A DNA stretch of 63,395 bases, filler included, from Sphacelaria rigidula (Eukaryota), in the NCBI GenBank assembly GCA_964200075.2. It is 10 parts of 10 records of this genome, joined end to end, with 100 filler letters (N's around TTAATTAATTAA, not from the genome) between each part and the next. Parts side by side here need not be neighbours in the genome. Positions count along the whole stretch, not along the records: positions 1 to 6,250 come from CAXNAA020021228.1; positions 6,351 to 12,600 come from CAXNAA020021229.1; 8 more parts are not named here. The stretch is one strand, 5' to 3'. Positions 1 to 12,060 of the stretch are shown here, in pieces. The translations under genes were made by a program, and so were the position numbers. The notes under the pieces are model-generated. The model saw only the letters and a program-made list of their open reading frames with translations, did not search any database and was not told where the DNA came from. Positions within the stretch are counted from its first letter, which is position 1. Each line of letters starts with the position of its first letter.

Positions 1-1367
1 TTTTTTTTCTTCGCTTCCCCCCCCCCGGGCCGTCCCCCCTTCTTATCACGTCCCCCCTTGTTCTTCCCCCCCCCCCCCCCCCCCCCCAAGATATCACGTT
101 CAATAGTGATGCTTCCTCTCTTCAAGTCGCTTCTCGTGCCTTTGACAGCCGGGGTAGGTCAGGGTGGCACCATCCGCTGAACCGACATCATTTCACCCGA
201 ATGTTGTGCCGAAAACCCAGATTATCCATGCTGGCGGCCAGTGGGTCGGGCTCACTGTAATGGTCCGAAGAAGAGAACGCACTCTGGCAAACGTTCGGAT
301 GGTGACCTTTCCCGTGCGTGTAGGTGCTTGGACTGTGGTAAATAGCACCCCCCCCGCCGTCGCCCCCCCTACAGATGGGGGTGACCCAATCAACCTTCAC
401 TTTCTCTTCGATGTTGACCTGAAACGCTCCCATTACCGCGTGCGTATGGATGCTTGTGCACGCAGACAGTGGAGATCTGTACAATCCAAGCGGGAAATCG
501 GAGCGCAAGTACAGCTTGTTGCGGGAATACAAGAGGCGCCAGTGTTTCGATGGAGGTTGCGGCGGAGTAAATATATAGAGAGGAAACAAGGAATGAAGTT
601 GATGTAGCAGCATGTACAACTTTAGCGAGATTGGAAAAGTAGGAGTGATATTAGGCTTGTGAGTAAGAGAAAGCAGTTGTGGGTACATGATGGTGGCAAA
701 CAAGTCCGGAGAGGTTGGAGTAAAGTGTCGCCGCTGAGGCTGTGGGCGTGGGATATGGATTGTTTTCTCGAGCGAGGCAAGACCCTTGCAGAAAAAGGTG
801 TGGGTTGGCAAATCGGTGTGTGGCGCTGGCTCCGTCTTCTGCCTCCCCCCCCGTTTCCCGCTGTCAATGAACTTTGTTCTGGGCGAAGCACCCCGTCGTT
901 ATTGATGCCAACGATCACCCGTACAGCCAGGCACCTGCGAACATTGGAAAACATCAGACGATGGCTATGATAGTACAGTTCATGTGTCCATCCCCAATTG
1001 AATCGGGTAAGACGCCATAGTTCGACCCCCAAGAGGATTGACCACCCACAAGTTTTGCTTTGGGGTACGCTCATGTATTGTGACCTCGGCTGGATTCATG
1101 CCCGATCAGTTGATGTGTGACAACCAATTACTCTATTCATCAATCCATAAGCCCGTTAGCTCGTCGACCCATCAATCAGTTCAGCAGATCTTGAGCTAGA
1201 CTACTGCCTATCCATCGAATTTGTGCGTCGTTGCTCTTAGCGCCCAGATCTCTTCGCAGAAACTGAAGTTTGGTGTCCTGAACACATCACTTTTTCAGTC
1301 AATGTATGTAACTACTGGAGACAGTCAAGCGCGGATCTAGGTATCGATGGACAAATAAACGACTTAA

Positions 1368-1485
1368 CGCTTAGGGACCCCACTGACGATTTTTGTTTTT
1401 GTGAATCGGCATCATTTTCAGTCAATTTCAAGTCAAAATGATGCCGATTAACAAAAACAAAAATCGTCAGTGGGGTCCCTCAGGG
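1368..1485. mobile_element. 118-bp almost fully palindromic piggyBac-type MITE
   Basis: ~50-bp inverted arms (...AGGGACCCCACTGACGATTTTTGTTTTTGT(G/T)AATCGGCATCATTTT) around a 16-nt loop. Flanked by TTAA at 1364-1367 and 1486-1489; right end is AGGG|TTAA. Confidence 0.75.
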
Positions 1486-1849
1486 TTAATTTTCCTGAGA
1501 TGGTGTAATGTTTTCTATTTCACCATCGAGCTCTTTCCAGGAAATCGACACTGCTGCGAACCCAAATATTCGGGTCTTTTTTTCAGGAAATCCACTCTGC
1601 ACCCAAGATGCGGCCACTGACCGACACCGGAGTGGGCCACCTATATTGCGCCGATGACCTGTTGTCCGAACTCGAGTGGTCAATGGGGTGCTGCTGTTTT
1701 CGTTGCTTTCTACATTTTACACCCCATCTCGAGTCGGTTGCAGCGAGTGTTTACCGTTGCTTGACCTTCCTTGCGATTGCACGTCCATCATGCGACCACT
1801 GCTCGACTCATAGCTGATCAGTTGTCGTGTGGCAATCAACCCATTAGCC

Positions 1850-2105
1850 CAAGGGTCGGACAAATCAATGATTCGTCTAGAAATTACTTGGTTAGTTTCA
1901 TTGATTCGAATCGTACGAATCGATCCCTAGGCTTTGTTTTCAGCGTTGCAACCCAGGTACACGCAGCCCAGACACGGGGAAGAGCGCAAAAGTTGCGTGG
2001 ATACCCCCTGGACCAGCGGTCAACTTTTTTCCTCCTCTTGGGCAATCAGGCCGAAGAAATCGTGGACTTGGTGATTCGAACCCGTGATGCTTCGTCCTAA
2101 CCGTG
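1850..2105. mobile_element. hAT-type MITE family A, copy 1
   Basis: TIR CA(A/C)GG(G/T)TCGGAC(A/G)AAT; 8-bp TSD CATTAGCC / CATTAGTC. Confidence 0.85.
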
Positions 2106-2474
2106 CATTAGTCAATCTCCACCTGCCGCAACACCGACACAACCACGCATGACAATGAACTACTGTAAACCAATTGCGCCTGAACGGCCCAAAACCTCTA
2201 GCCTGGTCAGAGAGGGGAGGGGGAGGGGGGCGATTCGCATGCATCACGTTTGCTCAAGGTTAGGTGCAATACCCGCTCGAACAAAATAATCGTTTTCAGG
2301 TAAAAGCTGTAAGCTTGTCGGTATCCATTCGTTCAACCACCATTGCACATCCATGAGGACGCATGTACTTTCACGCTGTGGAATGTCAGGAAACTGCCGC
2401 TCGACGACAAAAACAACGAACGCCAAAGCGCCACCCCCGTACATCACCAACTGCCAACGGGAATACACTTACAG

Positions 2475-2731
2475 CAGCAGCAGCAGCAGCAACGGCGAGG
2501 GACATCCCCAGCTCAACCGACTTCCCGGTGGTGGGATCTGCTGGATCGAGGTTATTGTCCGGCAATACGTGGTATGCCGAGGAGCTCGAGCGTTGGATCG
2601 CGAGCTTTCACAACCGAGAGGCAGCGCTATTGTTCAACTCGGGCTACGATGCGAATTTATCATTGATGTCCTGCCTGCCGCAGCGTGGGGATGTCGTTGT
2701 TTGCGATGAGCTGGTCCACAACTCTGTTCAG
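2475..2731 (+). CDS. bioF: Internal exon of 8-amino-7-oxononanoate synthase (BioF, PLP-dependent class II aminotransferase fold); partial gene
   Basis: Translates GSAGSRLLSGN...ELERWIASFHNREAALLFNSGYDANLSLMSCLPQRGDVVVCDELVHNSVQ, matching the BioF motifs GSxGSRLLSG, ALLFxSGYxAN and D(E)LxHxS. Donor CAG|GTGGGT at 2731. Acceptor placement (CTTACAG, 2474) is less certain. No other exons recognised on this contig. Confidence 0.85.
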
Positions 2732-4019
2732 GTGGGTGAGGAGATGAAGCGACGAACCGCTCGTTGGATTTTTTTGTGTTACCGTTGTGTCGTTTTGTAG
2801 TGCCGCGCTTTTACTTGGATGCTGGGCAAGATCGGAAGAAATTGTTCTACTCTGTTTCCCCTTCGAGCACGTCCGGGTAGTTTTTATTGCTTCTGACATC
2901 GGGTACGATAATGGCCACCGTGAGTATGGTACTGTAGCTATTGCAACATGTTTTTCAATACGATATTCTTCAAGTATTGGGTGTCAATAAGCGGCCGTGT
3001 AGTAGTATATGTACAGTATATGTGGTTAACCTTTTGACTGCTAGGGTGGGTCATCGGTCGAAGCGGTACCAGTTTCGCCTGAGTAAAGATTGGAGGGCTC
3101 AAATGTCCTACCCCCGGCTGTTAAAGGGTGATGACATCGGGCCAAGAGGCGACGTCGTATCTGACACCTCGCATCAGAACATAAATGAAACATTACACGT
3201 CGGCACGAACTCTTCAAGGCCAGCTTATGACTACTTTTAGCCCAATGTTATCGCAGTGAAAAAAAAAAAGCCCACACAAAAGGTGCGCCATTCCCGCAAT
3301 CCTTTGAATATGTGTAACCGTTCATGTCGAGGTGACAACACGTTCTATCAGGGTCGCTGTCCCGCGAAGGCGTCGTCGACGGTCGAGCACCCATCGAGGC
3401 TTCATAGCTTTGCAAAGCAGAGACGCAACTGTGTTTCTGTAGTGTAATATTGTGTAGGGCTTAGAGAGGCCCAGATAAGTCTAGAGAAGCGCTCTCCATA
3501 TGGGTGGTTTCCAGAAACGTCACTGTGGTGGCGGATGTTGGCAGCTATTTTAATAGCATGGCGAGCATGTAGTAGTGCGTGGCTGGAGCCCGAACTTCGA
3601 GAAAATGGTGTAAAGGGTCCATACAGAGCCATCGCTGTGCTTGTGCGCACGTATCGAACACCTGCGTCAGTCTTTCGGCGGTGTCCCGGCGGGCGAGAAA
3701 TAGCGATGGCCCAGCAAAAACGAAAGAATAGAAGAAGCAGTCAATAAAATATAAAATGGATGACCTTTTGTTGAAAGCCGTTTTCTTCGAGCGAGCTCGG
3801 TCGTTTCCTGCGCAACGTGGAGGGTCGTGATGGCACGGTCGCTCGCTTTCGGTTGAATACGAACGGCTGCGCATCTTGAATATAGTGGAAGAAAGTGAGA
3901 CGCCGCAAACTTTGTTTCCTTGTTTGATTGGTCTGAACACGACAAAGGTGTTGGTTGTCATAGGCCCCAGAAAGTCGACGCGTGCGTTATTTTGTGCACA
4001 CATATATACATTAATATAT

Positions 4020-4500
4020 ATATGTGCACATGTATCAGTTCACATCCTTCACCACTTTTGCCGAGTTTTCTGTGGCGGCAACCCATTTTTTCACGCGCTT
4101 TCTTTTACAGCGCACTGAGAAGGTTCAGCGGTACATTACCGTTCAGGTTTGGGTGTCATCCGATACCTCTGGCGCGTGTTCTGGCAACCGAAAGTCGCTC
4201 AGACTGGCCCTTTTTCGCGGGGTGTCGATCCCGAACCACAAAAGCCTTTTCAAGATCATGGAAAACTTGAAACAAGAAGCCCGACCACAAAAAAAGCCTG
4301 GTGAAGATCATGGAAATATTCAAACAGGATTACTCTTGGCGGGGTATTTTCCTCCGGTTATCCTCTTTGTCGCGTTCTCGTTGATTTGGGAGCACGAGCA
4401 CACCAGTTATGCCGCCAATGTCACGAGAACATGAGAGCAAAGTAGTCGAAAACAATTGAACATTCCCTTGGCCCTAGTCAGCAGCAAACACAAGACCGTG
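4020..4500 (+). repeat. Dispersed ~480-bp repeat (family E); second copy 54880-55307 on the minus strand
   Basis: Colinear nucleotide similarity, also visible as near-identical spurious ORF translations (QRYITVQVWVSSDT; SIPNHKSLFKIMEN). Confidence 0.8.
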
Positions 4501-4927
4501 CAATGGACCGTTGGCGAGTTGAACAAGGCACAGTAGTGCAGGATTGTTTCGCCGTAGAAACATTCACCCTGTTTTCGAAAAAGGCCCGGTGATGTGGAAG
4601 CCACAGTGATGTACAACGAACATGCCAAGAATGTTCCACGCATTCCAATTTTTCGGGAATGCCTCCCGCTGTCATATCTTTGTGGGACGAGAGCTACTTC
4701 GCACTCCGGCACCTCGGAAATACCGCATATGTCCAACGCCGGTGGTTCCGCCGTCGGCCTCGGTCCGAATTCCCATATTTCCGAACGATATCCGATAAGA
4801 CATGCGATGTTTTGTACAGCCACGATCACTTACCGTACATTAAGATACAACAGCCTCTCTTGACCATATATTTTCGACTTGCGTCACCCCCGGGAGGCCA
4901 GTACCAACCTCCCGAAGGCGAACGTTG

Positions 4928-5186
4928 CACGGGTCGGACGAATTAGTGATTCGTCTGGAAATTACTCGATTTTAGTGTGATTGATTCGTACCGTACGAAT
5001 CGACCCTTAAACTTTATTCTCAGCGTTGCAAGCCAGGTACGCGCAGCCCAGGCACGTGGAATGGCGCAAAAATTGCGTGGGAGACCTTTTTGACTACCGA
5101 TTAACTTTTTCCCCTTTGCTGAGCAATGAGGCCTGAAAAATCGTGGATTTGGTGATTCGAACCGGGGATGATTCGTCCGAACCGTG
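4928..5186. mobile_element. hAT-type MITE family A, copy 2
   Basis: TIRs CACGGGTCGGACGAAT and ATTCGTCCGAACCGTG (15/16 match); 8-bp TSD GAACGTTG / GAACGTCG. Confidence 0.85.
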
Positions 5187-6250
5187 GAACGTCGTATATA
5201 TATATATATATATATATGTGGTCAGCTGTCATTATAAGAGACTGTATCAGCGACAACAGCACGCAGGGTGCCACCACAAAGCTCCTCTAATGGGATCTTC
5301 TGATCACAGGAAAGTACAGGATCAACATATGGAAGCGCTCTAGCTTTGAAGTCTCGTGCGTAGTCTACAAGGAGGCGTTATGTCGGTGAGTGCATGTAGT
5401 CAAACCAAAAAACAAGCAAGGCCCCAAAATTTGAAAATGCCGGAGTTAGTATTAGGACGTACTTGAAGGGAGATGAGCAGCATGGAAAGGGATCACGGCA
5501 ACTGGCCAAATCTCGCAGCATGTTTTCGAACCGCTGCGGAACCGGGGCCTCGAGTACTGAGGATGTTTTTTTTCGGATTAGTTCGACACAATGGACCAGA
5601 GATACCAACCAAACCGATACAGCTGTCGAGTGCCCTGGCCACCGAGGAGAAGCCGGAATTGTGGCAGCATTGAGGGTCGCTGAAGCTCTTCAATACATTG
5701 TAGTGCTCGACGACGGGGCAGGCTTTGGGCGATAAACTCCAGCGTGCTCATGTTAATTCCTCTTCTAGAGTCGCAGACGTTACCGTACCAGTGCATTAAT
5801 GGTAATTTTTGCGGAACACCGGTACTTTCTACAAAAACTTGCGGTAATGAGAGTTTCCTGATCACTTCTAGCATCATAACGGTATTTTCTCGAAACTTTA
5901 CCGGCGTACGCGTGATATACCAGCTGCCTCTCGAATAACTTCTCCGGGTAACGCTTTTTCTGGACCCCCAAAAACCGTTACATGGGGTTGTTTAGTGAGT
6001 CACGAAGAGTTGTGGATTTCAAGAGGTTTGGTACGCGCCGCAAGACTTTCAGGGGTATTCCCCATTCCTGAGTCGTTTCTAGCACGTACATGCTGTCAAC
6101 TCCCCACACCCCTTGCTCCCTCTCGAAAGGGATGCGTGGCCAATGATCAAACGACTACGAGCTGGGCCAGCTGTAAAGAACATTTCACGAGAACACCACA
6201 ACTTCTCAAGTTTACCGAATCAGTGCGACTGGAGCATATCGCTGTGAACT

Positions 6251-6350
6251 NNNNNNNNNNNNNNNNNNNNNNNNNNNNNNNNNNNNNNNNNNNNTTAATT
6301 AATTAANNNNNNNNNNNNNNNNNNNNNNNNNNNNNNNNNNNNNNNNNNNN
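6251..6350. other. Artificial 100-nt contig spacer (N44-TTAATTAATTAA-N44); also at 12601, 18951, 25301, 31651, 38000, 44349, 50698 and 57047
   Basis: Nine identical spacers carrying stop codons in all six frames, separating segments of exactly 6250 or 6249 nt. Confidence 0.98.
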
Positions 6351-7344
6351 ATGCGAAAACCCCCCGAAAAGAGGCCATTCGCAGAAAATGCTAGACTGAG
6401 GCCTGTGCAGTATAGGAGGGAAACACGATCCCGATCGCTATTATGAAGAATTGTTTACGTATTCGTTTATCTGAATATTTACTGTTTCGTCGCGGAAGAG
6501 CCGGAAAACTGTTTGTATTGGACCAAAAACGGTCAATAATGGCCTCCTGATAAACAGGGTATCTAGTCCGTATGGCCCCAAAAACACCAACTTGGACACT
6601 GCAGTTTGAGCGCGGCCTACGCTTTCCCCCTAAATCTACCGGCGCTAGCACTTCCCTGGAAAACTCAGGAACTACATCTACGAACTCTGAAGACTTTAGA
6701 TGCTGACTACTGTACTCTGAAGCATACGTTGACGGGTTCCTTATGCACTTATACTCTGCCGCTGTTGCGGCCAGCTGCGCCAGGACCCAAACCCATCATT
6801 TCGAGCGAGTCCAAGCAATGTTGTACGTGGTGATGGATGCTGCGAGATGTGGGCACAGGGATGATGCAACGGGTCAGTTTACCCCGACAGCATCCCGTTC
6901 TGATTTGAAAATGAAGAGCATTGTCCGCAGTTTGCCAACACTCGAGTAAATGATCCTGCACGGCAAAGTGGAAAGTAACAACGAAGAACATACCTCTCCC
7001 TTTTTTTCTTCATTTCCGCGTTTTCTGGGACACCATTGCACTCGCCAGACGTTTCTCACGGCCTTCAATCCCTCTGTTTCACGCTTTTACGCGGACCATG
7101 CATGAGCTTTCCCACACGCGCGGACACATGGAGGTGGATGCTTTGATAGAGTTTGTCTCTCCCACCTCACAGCAGTTTGCTTTGATTATTTTCCCCTCAT
7201 CATGCTTCAGAAGCTGGGTACGAGCTCGTTCTGCTGAGCGTGCCGTACGAACATTCGGAAAAATGCACCAAGTCAATCGGATCGGACGGTAAAGCTTGCG
7301 CCAACGTTCCTTCACAAATGAACACTGAGTGGTGAGGACAGGCA

Positions 7345-7640
7345 ACAAGGTTTTCGTGAGATAGAGAGTTGGGTGCGGATTGAAAGTGGCTTTGATCATT
7401 CGCTTTAACTTGGCCAATTTATCATTCCGTGTGCGCTTTTCTTCGTCTCACCACTGCCATGTGCTCACAGCTACACGCTGATATTGTACTCAGGGGTATC
7501 GAGGGCCTCAGTGGCAAGCTAGTACGGAGAGAACATTGGGCCTGGTCGAGGTGCGCTTCGGAACTGAAACGGCTCACTCACTAATTGACCGCTTTTCGCT
7601 CTCAATCATACCTTCAACTCTCAATTTCACGAAAACATTA
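7345..7640. mobile_element. MITE family C (~290 bp, TIR ACAAYGTTTTCGTGARAT.GAGAG)
   Basis: Inverted termini and shared core GGGCCTCAGTGGCAAGCTA. Other copies at 32263-32545 (opposite orientation) and 53671-53953. Confidence 0.7.
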
Positions 7641-7687
7641 TTAAGCATGGACGATAAGTAGAGACATGATGATAGAGGCGGACATAT

Positions 7688-8033
7688 GTTGTGTGTTGTC
7701 ATCCCATCTATTCTGGACACCGGTCTACACCTTTCGGTTTAAGAGGGCGCGTCAACCGGGGTCACACAGGAGGGAAGCCAACACAGGAGTTTTTTCGTTT
7801 TTATTTTTTCTAGCTCTACACCTTCCTTCCGCAGTGCTTGGCTTTATTTTTTATCGCGGAAGGGGTTCAGCATCCCTCCGCGATCGTTGAGTCGAATTTT
7901 GAGTACCCATGACATAGTCGCTCTTCACTATTGGGCACTGTGTGAGAAAATATCCCAGATCGCTCCTAGATTCGAACCCACGACCCAACCGTCAGAAGGT
8001 TTCGAGGTTACCAGCGGAGCCACCGGGGCGACC
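7688..8033 (-). mobile_element. tRNA-derived SINE (family D)
   Basis: Minus strand begins GGTCGCCCCGGTGGCTC...GGTAACC (A-box-like) and has GGTTCGAATC (B box); ends in a CAA/ACA-rich tail. Copies at 23049-23408, 26443-26593 (head only) and 44803-44990 (tail only). Confidence 0.75.
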
Positions 8034-8326
8034 AGCATTTCTGTGTTTCATTCCGAGGAGCATACTTGACGCAGGCTTGCAACCCCCCTCTTCGAACCAA
8101 AACTCTATACCGACCAACCATCACTGCGCACGTCTCCCTACGCGCACTGCCCGCTTCCTCGTCGAACCCCGTACACAAAAATAACGGCAAAAACCACAAC
8201 GATATTTACATATCATGGCATGCAACGGATGGCACGCGTCACTCATTACCCACTACGCCCCCGTTGCGGAAAACAAACATGCCCCGCTGTGGCTAGCTCA
8301 GCGACTCGCCTTCCTATCGACCCTTT

Positions 8327-10730
8327 TCACACTTCTTCTTCGTCTTGTGCTACCCACCGCTCGGGGATCCTACATTCTTCGATCAGGGCAATTGCCCGAA
8401 CCTTAAAGTCGTGTTCGCAGCCCTCAAACGCCTCTGACATCGTCTCGCACGACTCGTCCTTGAGAACTATCCGTGTCCTCTGCAGCGCCTGCAACAGCTC
8501 GAACGCCTTGTCCCACTGCTCAGCCTTGGTGAGGTTCGGAATCATAGCCGCGTACGTGATGCCGTTTCGACCGAGAGACTCGCTCTCCATGGCCTCAAAC
8601 TTCTCCAGTGCTTCCTCCCATCGTCCCTCCGCCCCCAATGCCGAGATCATGAGGTTGTACGTCTGTAAGCTAGGAATCACTTCGACCGCATGCAGTTCCT
8701 GCCATAGCTCTAAAACGCGGCGCCACTTGCCGGCCGTGTGGCACGCCATGATGGCTGCGTTGTAGCTTCTCACGCTCGGCCGTATTCCATTGGCTTTCAT
8801 GTCTTTCAGTAATTCCAGGGCTCGCTGCGAATAATCATCCTTGGCTGTGGCGCACGCGTTAAGGGCTGTGGCGTAGATCTTGTAATCCGGCGTGAACCCC
8901 GCTGTAGTCATGGTGTCCAACAAAGCGAGAGCTTCGTCTGGTCGCTCTCCACGCCCGTTCGCCGACATGGCGTTACTGAAGCTAACAACGTCCGGCTTGA
9001 TTCCCGCCGCCTGCATTTCTTCCAGTAGATCCAAGGCCTTCTGACCCTGATTTGCCAGTGCGCAGGCGATGATGGCTGAGTTGTAGTTAAACACGTTTGG
9101 CTCGAGAACACCCGCTTTCATCTCATCAAGCAGCTCTAGCGCCTTTTCCCACTCCAGAGCCTCGGCGCAAGATATCATCGCCGTGTTGTAGGCGTGATGG
9201 TTGACCCGTACACCTGCACTTTCCATCTCTCTGAAAAGTGTCATCGCCTGCTCCCACTTCTTGTCTTTGCCGCACGCGGTCATCACCCCGATGTAGCTCC
9301 GCGAATTCGGCTGCACTCCCACAGCCTGCATGTCTCTCAGCACCGCCACCGCCGCCTCTGACGCCTTGGCCTTACCGCAGGCCCTGATGACTGCGTTGTA
9401 GCTGTGTATGTTCGGGTTCATGTCTAGCGCTTTCATCTCTTGCAAGAGGGCCACCGCTCGCTGATACTGCTTCGAATTGGCGCAGGCCGCTATGGCGGCG
9501 GTGTAGTTGCGCCTGTTTGGCATAATTCCCGCGTCTCGCATGCCCCCCAGCAAAGCCAAAGCCTGTTTCCACTTTTTGGCCACCCCGCAAGCGTCGATGG
9601 CCGCGGTGTAACAAGACGCTGTGGGGGTCAACTCTCGTCCCCGCATCTCGTCAAGGTAAGCCACGGCCTTCTCCCACCATCCAGCGGACCCCGCTGCCTT
9701 GATTACCGTGGCATAGGTGCGCGCATCCACGTAGACGTTATGATCTTCTTGCATCTCTCCGAAGACATTCATAGCGTCCTCCCACTGTTCAGCTCGGGCG
9801 CACGAGGCGATGGCGATCCGGTAGCACGCCGAGTCCGGATTCACCCCTGCTTCGCGCATCTCCTCAAGGAGTTTGTATGTGTATTCCCACTTGCCACTCT
9901 TCCCGACCGCCTGGCTAGCAATGACGAGGCTAGCAACATCCACGTCGGTTCCCTGGTCGGGCTCTTTCAATTCCTCCAACAATTTCAGGGCCGACTTCCA
10001 TTTGCCTGCTCGACCGCAGGCGTAGATGACCGCGTTCACAACGACCGGGTCGGGTGCGACACCGGCGTCCCGCATTTCCGCGAACAACTTGAGCGCGCGG
10101 GAATGCTGGTTCGCGGTCCCGCACGCTGCAATAGCCGCCGTGTACATGTAGACGTTGGGCGTCTGCCCGCTCGCCTTCAGTTCCTCGAGCAGCTTTACTG
10201 ATGCGTTAGCCTGGCCAGTCTTGCCGCACGCGGTCATTGCGGCGCAATAGCAAATTTCGTCGACCTTGGCGGTCGGGTTTGCCTTTCGCATGTCGTCAAG
10301 CAAGGTGAGCGCCTCCTCCCATCGCCCGCACGCGCTACAGGCCCTGATTGCTGAGCTCACGCAGAAGGAGTCGGGCTCCACGGAGAGCTTCCTCATTCCG
10401 TCGATTATCTCCATCGCCTCCCTCCATCGCTTTGATCTCCCCATCACGCCGATGACAGAGCCGTACATACGCACCGTGGGCAGGTCACCAACGCCCCCCG
10501 CCGCATCAGCCTCCACCTTCCGCAGCTCATTCAGCGCCGGGGCCCAGTCGTATAAAGGCAATGCCCGTATCTTCTCCACGAACGCTTCGGACCAGACGCG
10601 ATACGCAGAGCTACGCTTAACGGTGAAGCTGCCTTCGCGCACCTCTTTGCGCAGGCGCTTGCGCGCCTCCACGCCTGCACAGCTCGAGTAGGTACCACCG
10701 CGTCCTGTCACAAGCCGCTGGGTGCCCGAT
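8327..10730 (-). CDS. P-class pentatricopeptide repeat (PPR) protein, ~2.4-kb terminal exon with ~19 tandem 35-aa repeats; 5' exon(s) not located
   Basis: ORF 8327..10789 carries 19 countable repeats of the type YxAAIxACxxxxxWExAxxLLxEMxxxGxxPD/N. The ORF-track start is not ATG, and a pyrimidine tract plus TAG acceptor lies at 10731-10733. No E/DYW extension before the stop. Confidence 0.93.
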
Positions 10731-11432
10731 CTATGTTGCACATAGGAGAGAAAAATGACGATACAAACGGAAAGATAGAGGAAAGACAAAACAGACGAAA
10801 ATCATGACTACATGGGATTCTTGCTGAGAGGTTTTGAACCAAGTAGCTGGAGCAAGATTTGCAACTTTTGAACGCAATTTTTTCCTAGGTGTACTTCTTT
10901 TCATACGTGTCCATACCCTCCCCTATATAAGGGGGGATTTCCACCAGCGTCTGTCAATAATTAATCATATCTTCGCATTGGTGACACTGAGAAATAGCTT
11001 CAATTGCTTTGTTCCCGCAAAATCCCCGGGTTCGAACCTCGACTCAACCATCGCGATCAAGAAAACTATCCACCCAAGTTGCGCGAGCACCACAAGGTTG
11101 CCATAATGAACAGGGATAAGCAAGCAGAGTTCCACAACTCACGAACAAATCTGCTGCGGAGGTCGTTAGCTGAGACTACCCAACACACGAAAATGATGTG
11201 TGAAACAAAAAGGTGATATAATACTTCATCGTCAGCTAGCGAAACAGGTTACCCCGTCAAACCTCCTCTCGTCGCAGAAACGCACAAATAGGCTACAAAA
11301 AGGTCGAGTGTGATCTGGGTATGATCCTATACAACAAAGAAATCCCAAGCATTCGTAGTACTGATCGCCGTTCTACAGATGCAAAAGCATCCACAAGTAT
11401 GGTAATAATGGTAATCGAACGAACGCCGTGGG

Positions 11433-12060
11433 GTGTGGCAGACTTGTCCTTGTGAACACACCGGTCGGGTACGATCGAGCATGATAATAACACCCCCTTC
11501 CAACTTGCGATTGGATCTTGTTATCGCCGCTACACCGTCCGTGCTAGCATGTGTGTGTGAGAGAACAGTAGCGGTGACGGGAACATCGCCCTGCTTTTCG
11601 ACGATGTGTTCTACTGCGCACAGAGGCACGTCCTGTCCAAGCAGAGACGCAGAGAGGAATCGATCTTTGCATCGGTCAGCGTCACAGACAGGAGACGACA
11701 ACCGTGGGCATTCCGATCTTGTTTCCGGGGCTGTGCTACAACAACCCGCCTCCGACACATGGCAACTTGGGTATGTGACGGTAACATGATGTCAATCTCG
11801 TGAGCGATTGGAAACCGCCAAACGAGGACACACAAAGGACACCGGCGAGGAGCTTCCTCTCCGCCGTTGCTCCTCTCTCTGGTGATATCATCGTCGACAC
11901 GCACGTATGTACAGCGCATTCGTTCGGTGCACCTAGCCACACCAATGTTCCGGGGAGAAATATGCTTTCCCTTGGTGCAACTGTTTCGCACCCTTCCTGG
12001 TAGTTATGTAATCTGAACCTCATTTTGGTGTTCAATCCCATTTTTGAGAATCGATTTTCA
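11433..12060 (+). repeat. Dispersed ~600-bp repeat (family F); second copy ~12880-13510, inverted end fragment 18885-18950
   Basis: Shared blocks such as GCATGTGTGTG...AGTAGCGGTGACGGGAACAT, TCTCTGGTGATATC, GGTGCACCTAGCCACA and CCCCATATTTTGTATGAACCCC. Confidence 0.75.

Noticed and set aside
164..1074. Overlapping 100-200-aa ORFs at the window start
   Set aside because: No recognisable domain or convincing splice structure in any frame.
5614..5735. Possible further BioF exon (GEAGIVAALRVAEALQYIVVLDDG)
   Set aside because: Only a vague resemblance; lacks the DEAH and TxGKA motifs and clear splice sites.
6295..6306. TTAATTAATTAA recurring every ~6350 nt as a biological periodic element
   Set aside because: It is embedded in N runs and gives stops in all six frames: an assembly or concatenation linker.
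9440..10691. Long plus-strand ORFs (9440..10201, 10266..10691) and antisense ORFs within 33788-35834
   Set aside because: Shadow ORFs opposite GC-rich real coding sequence.
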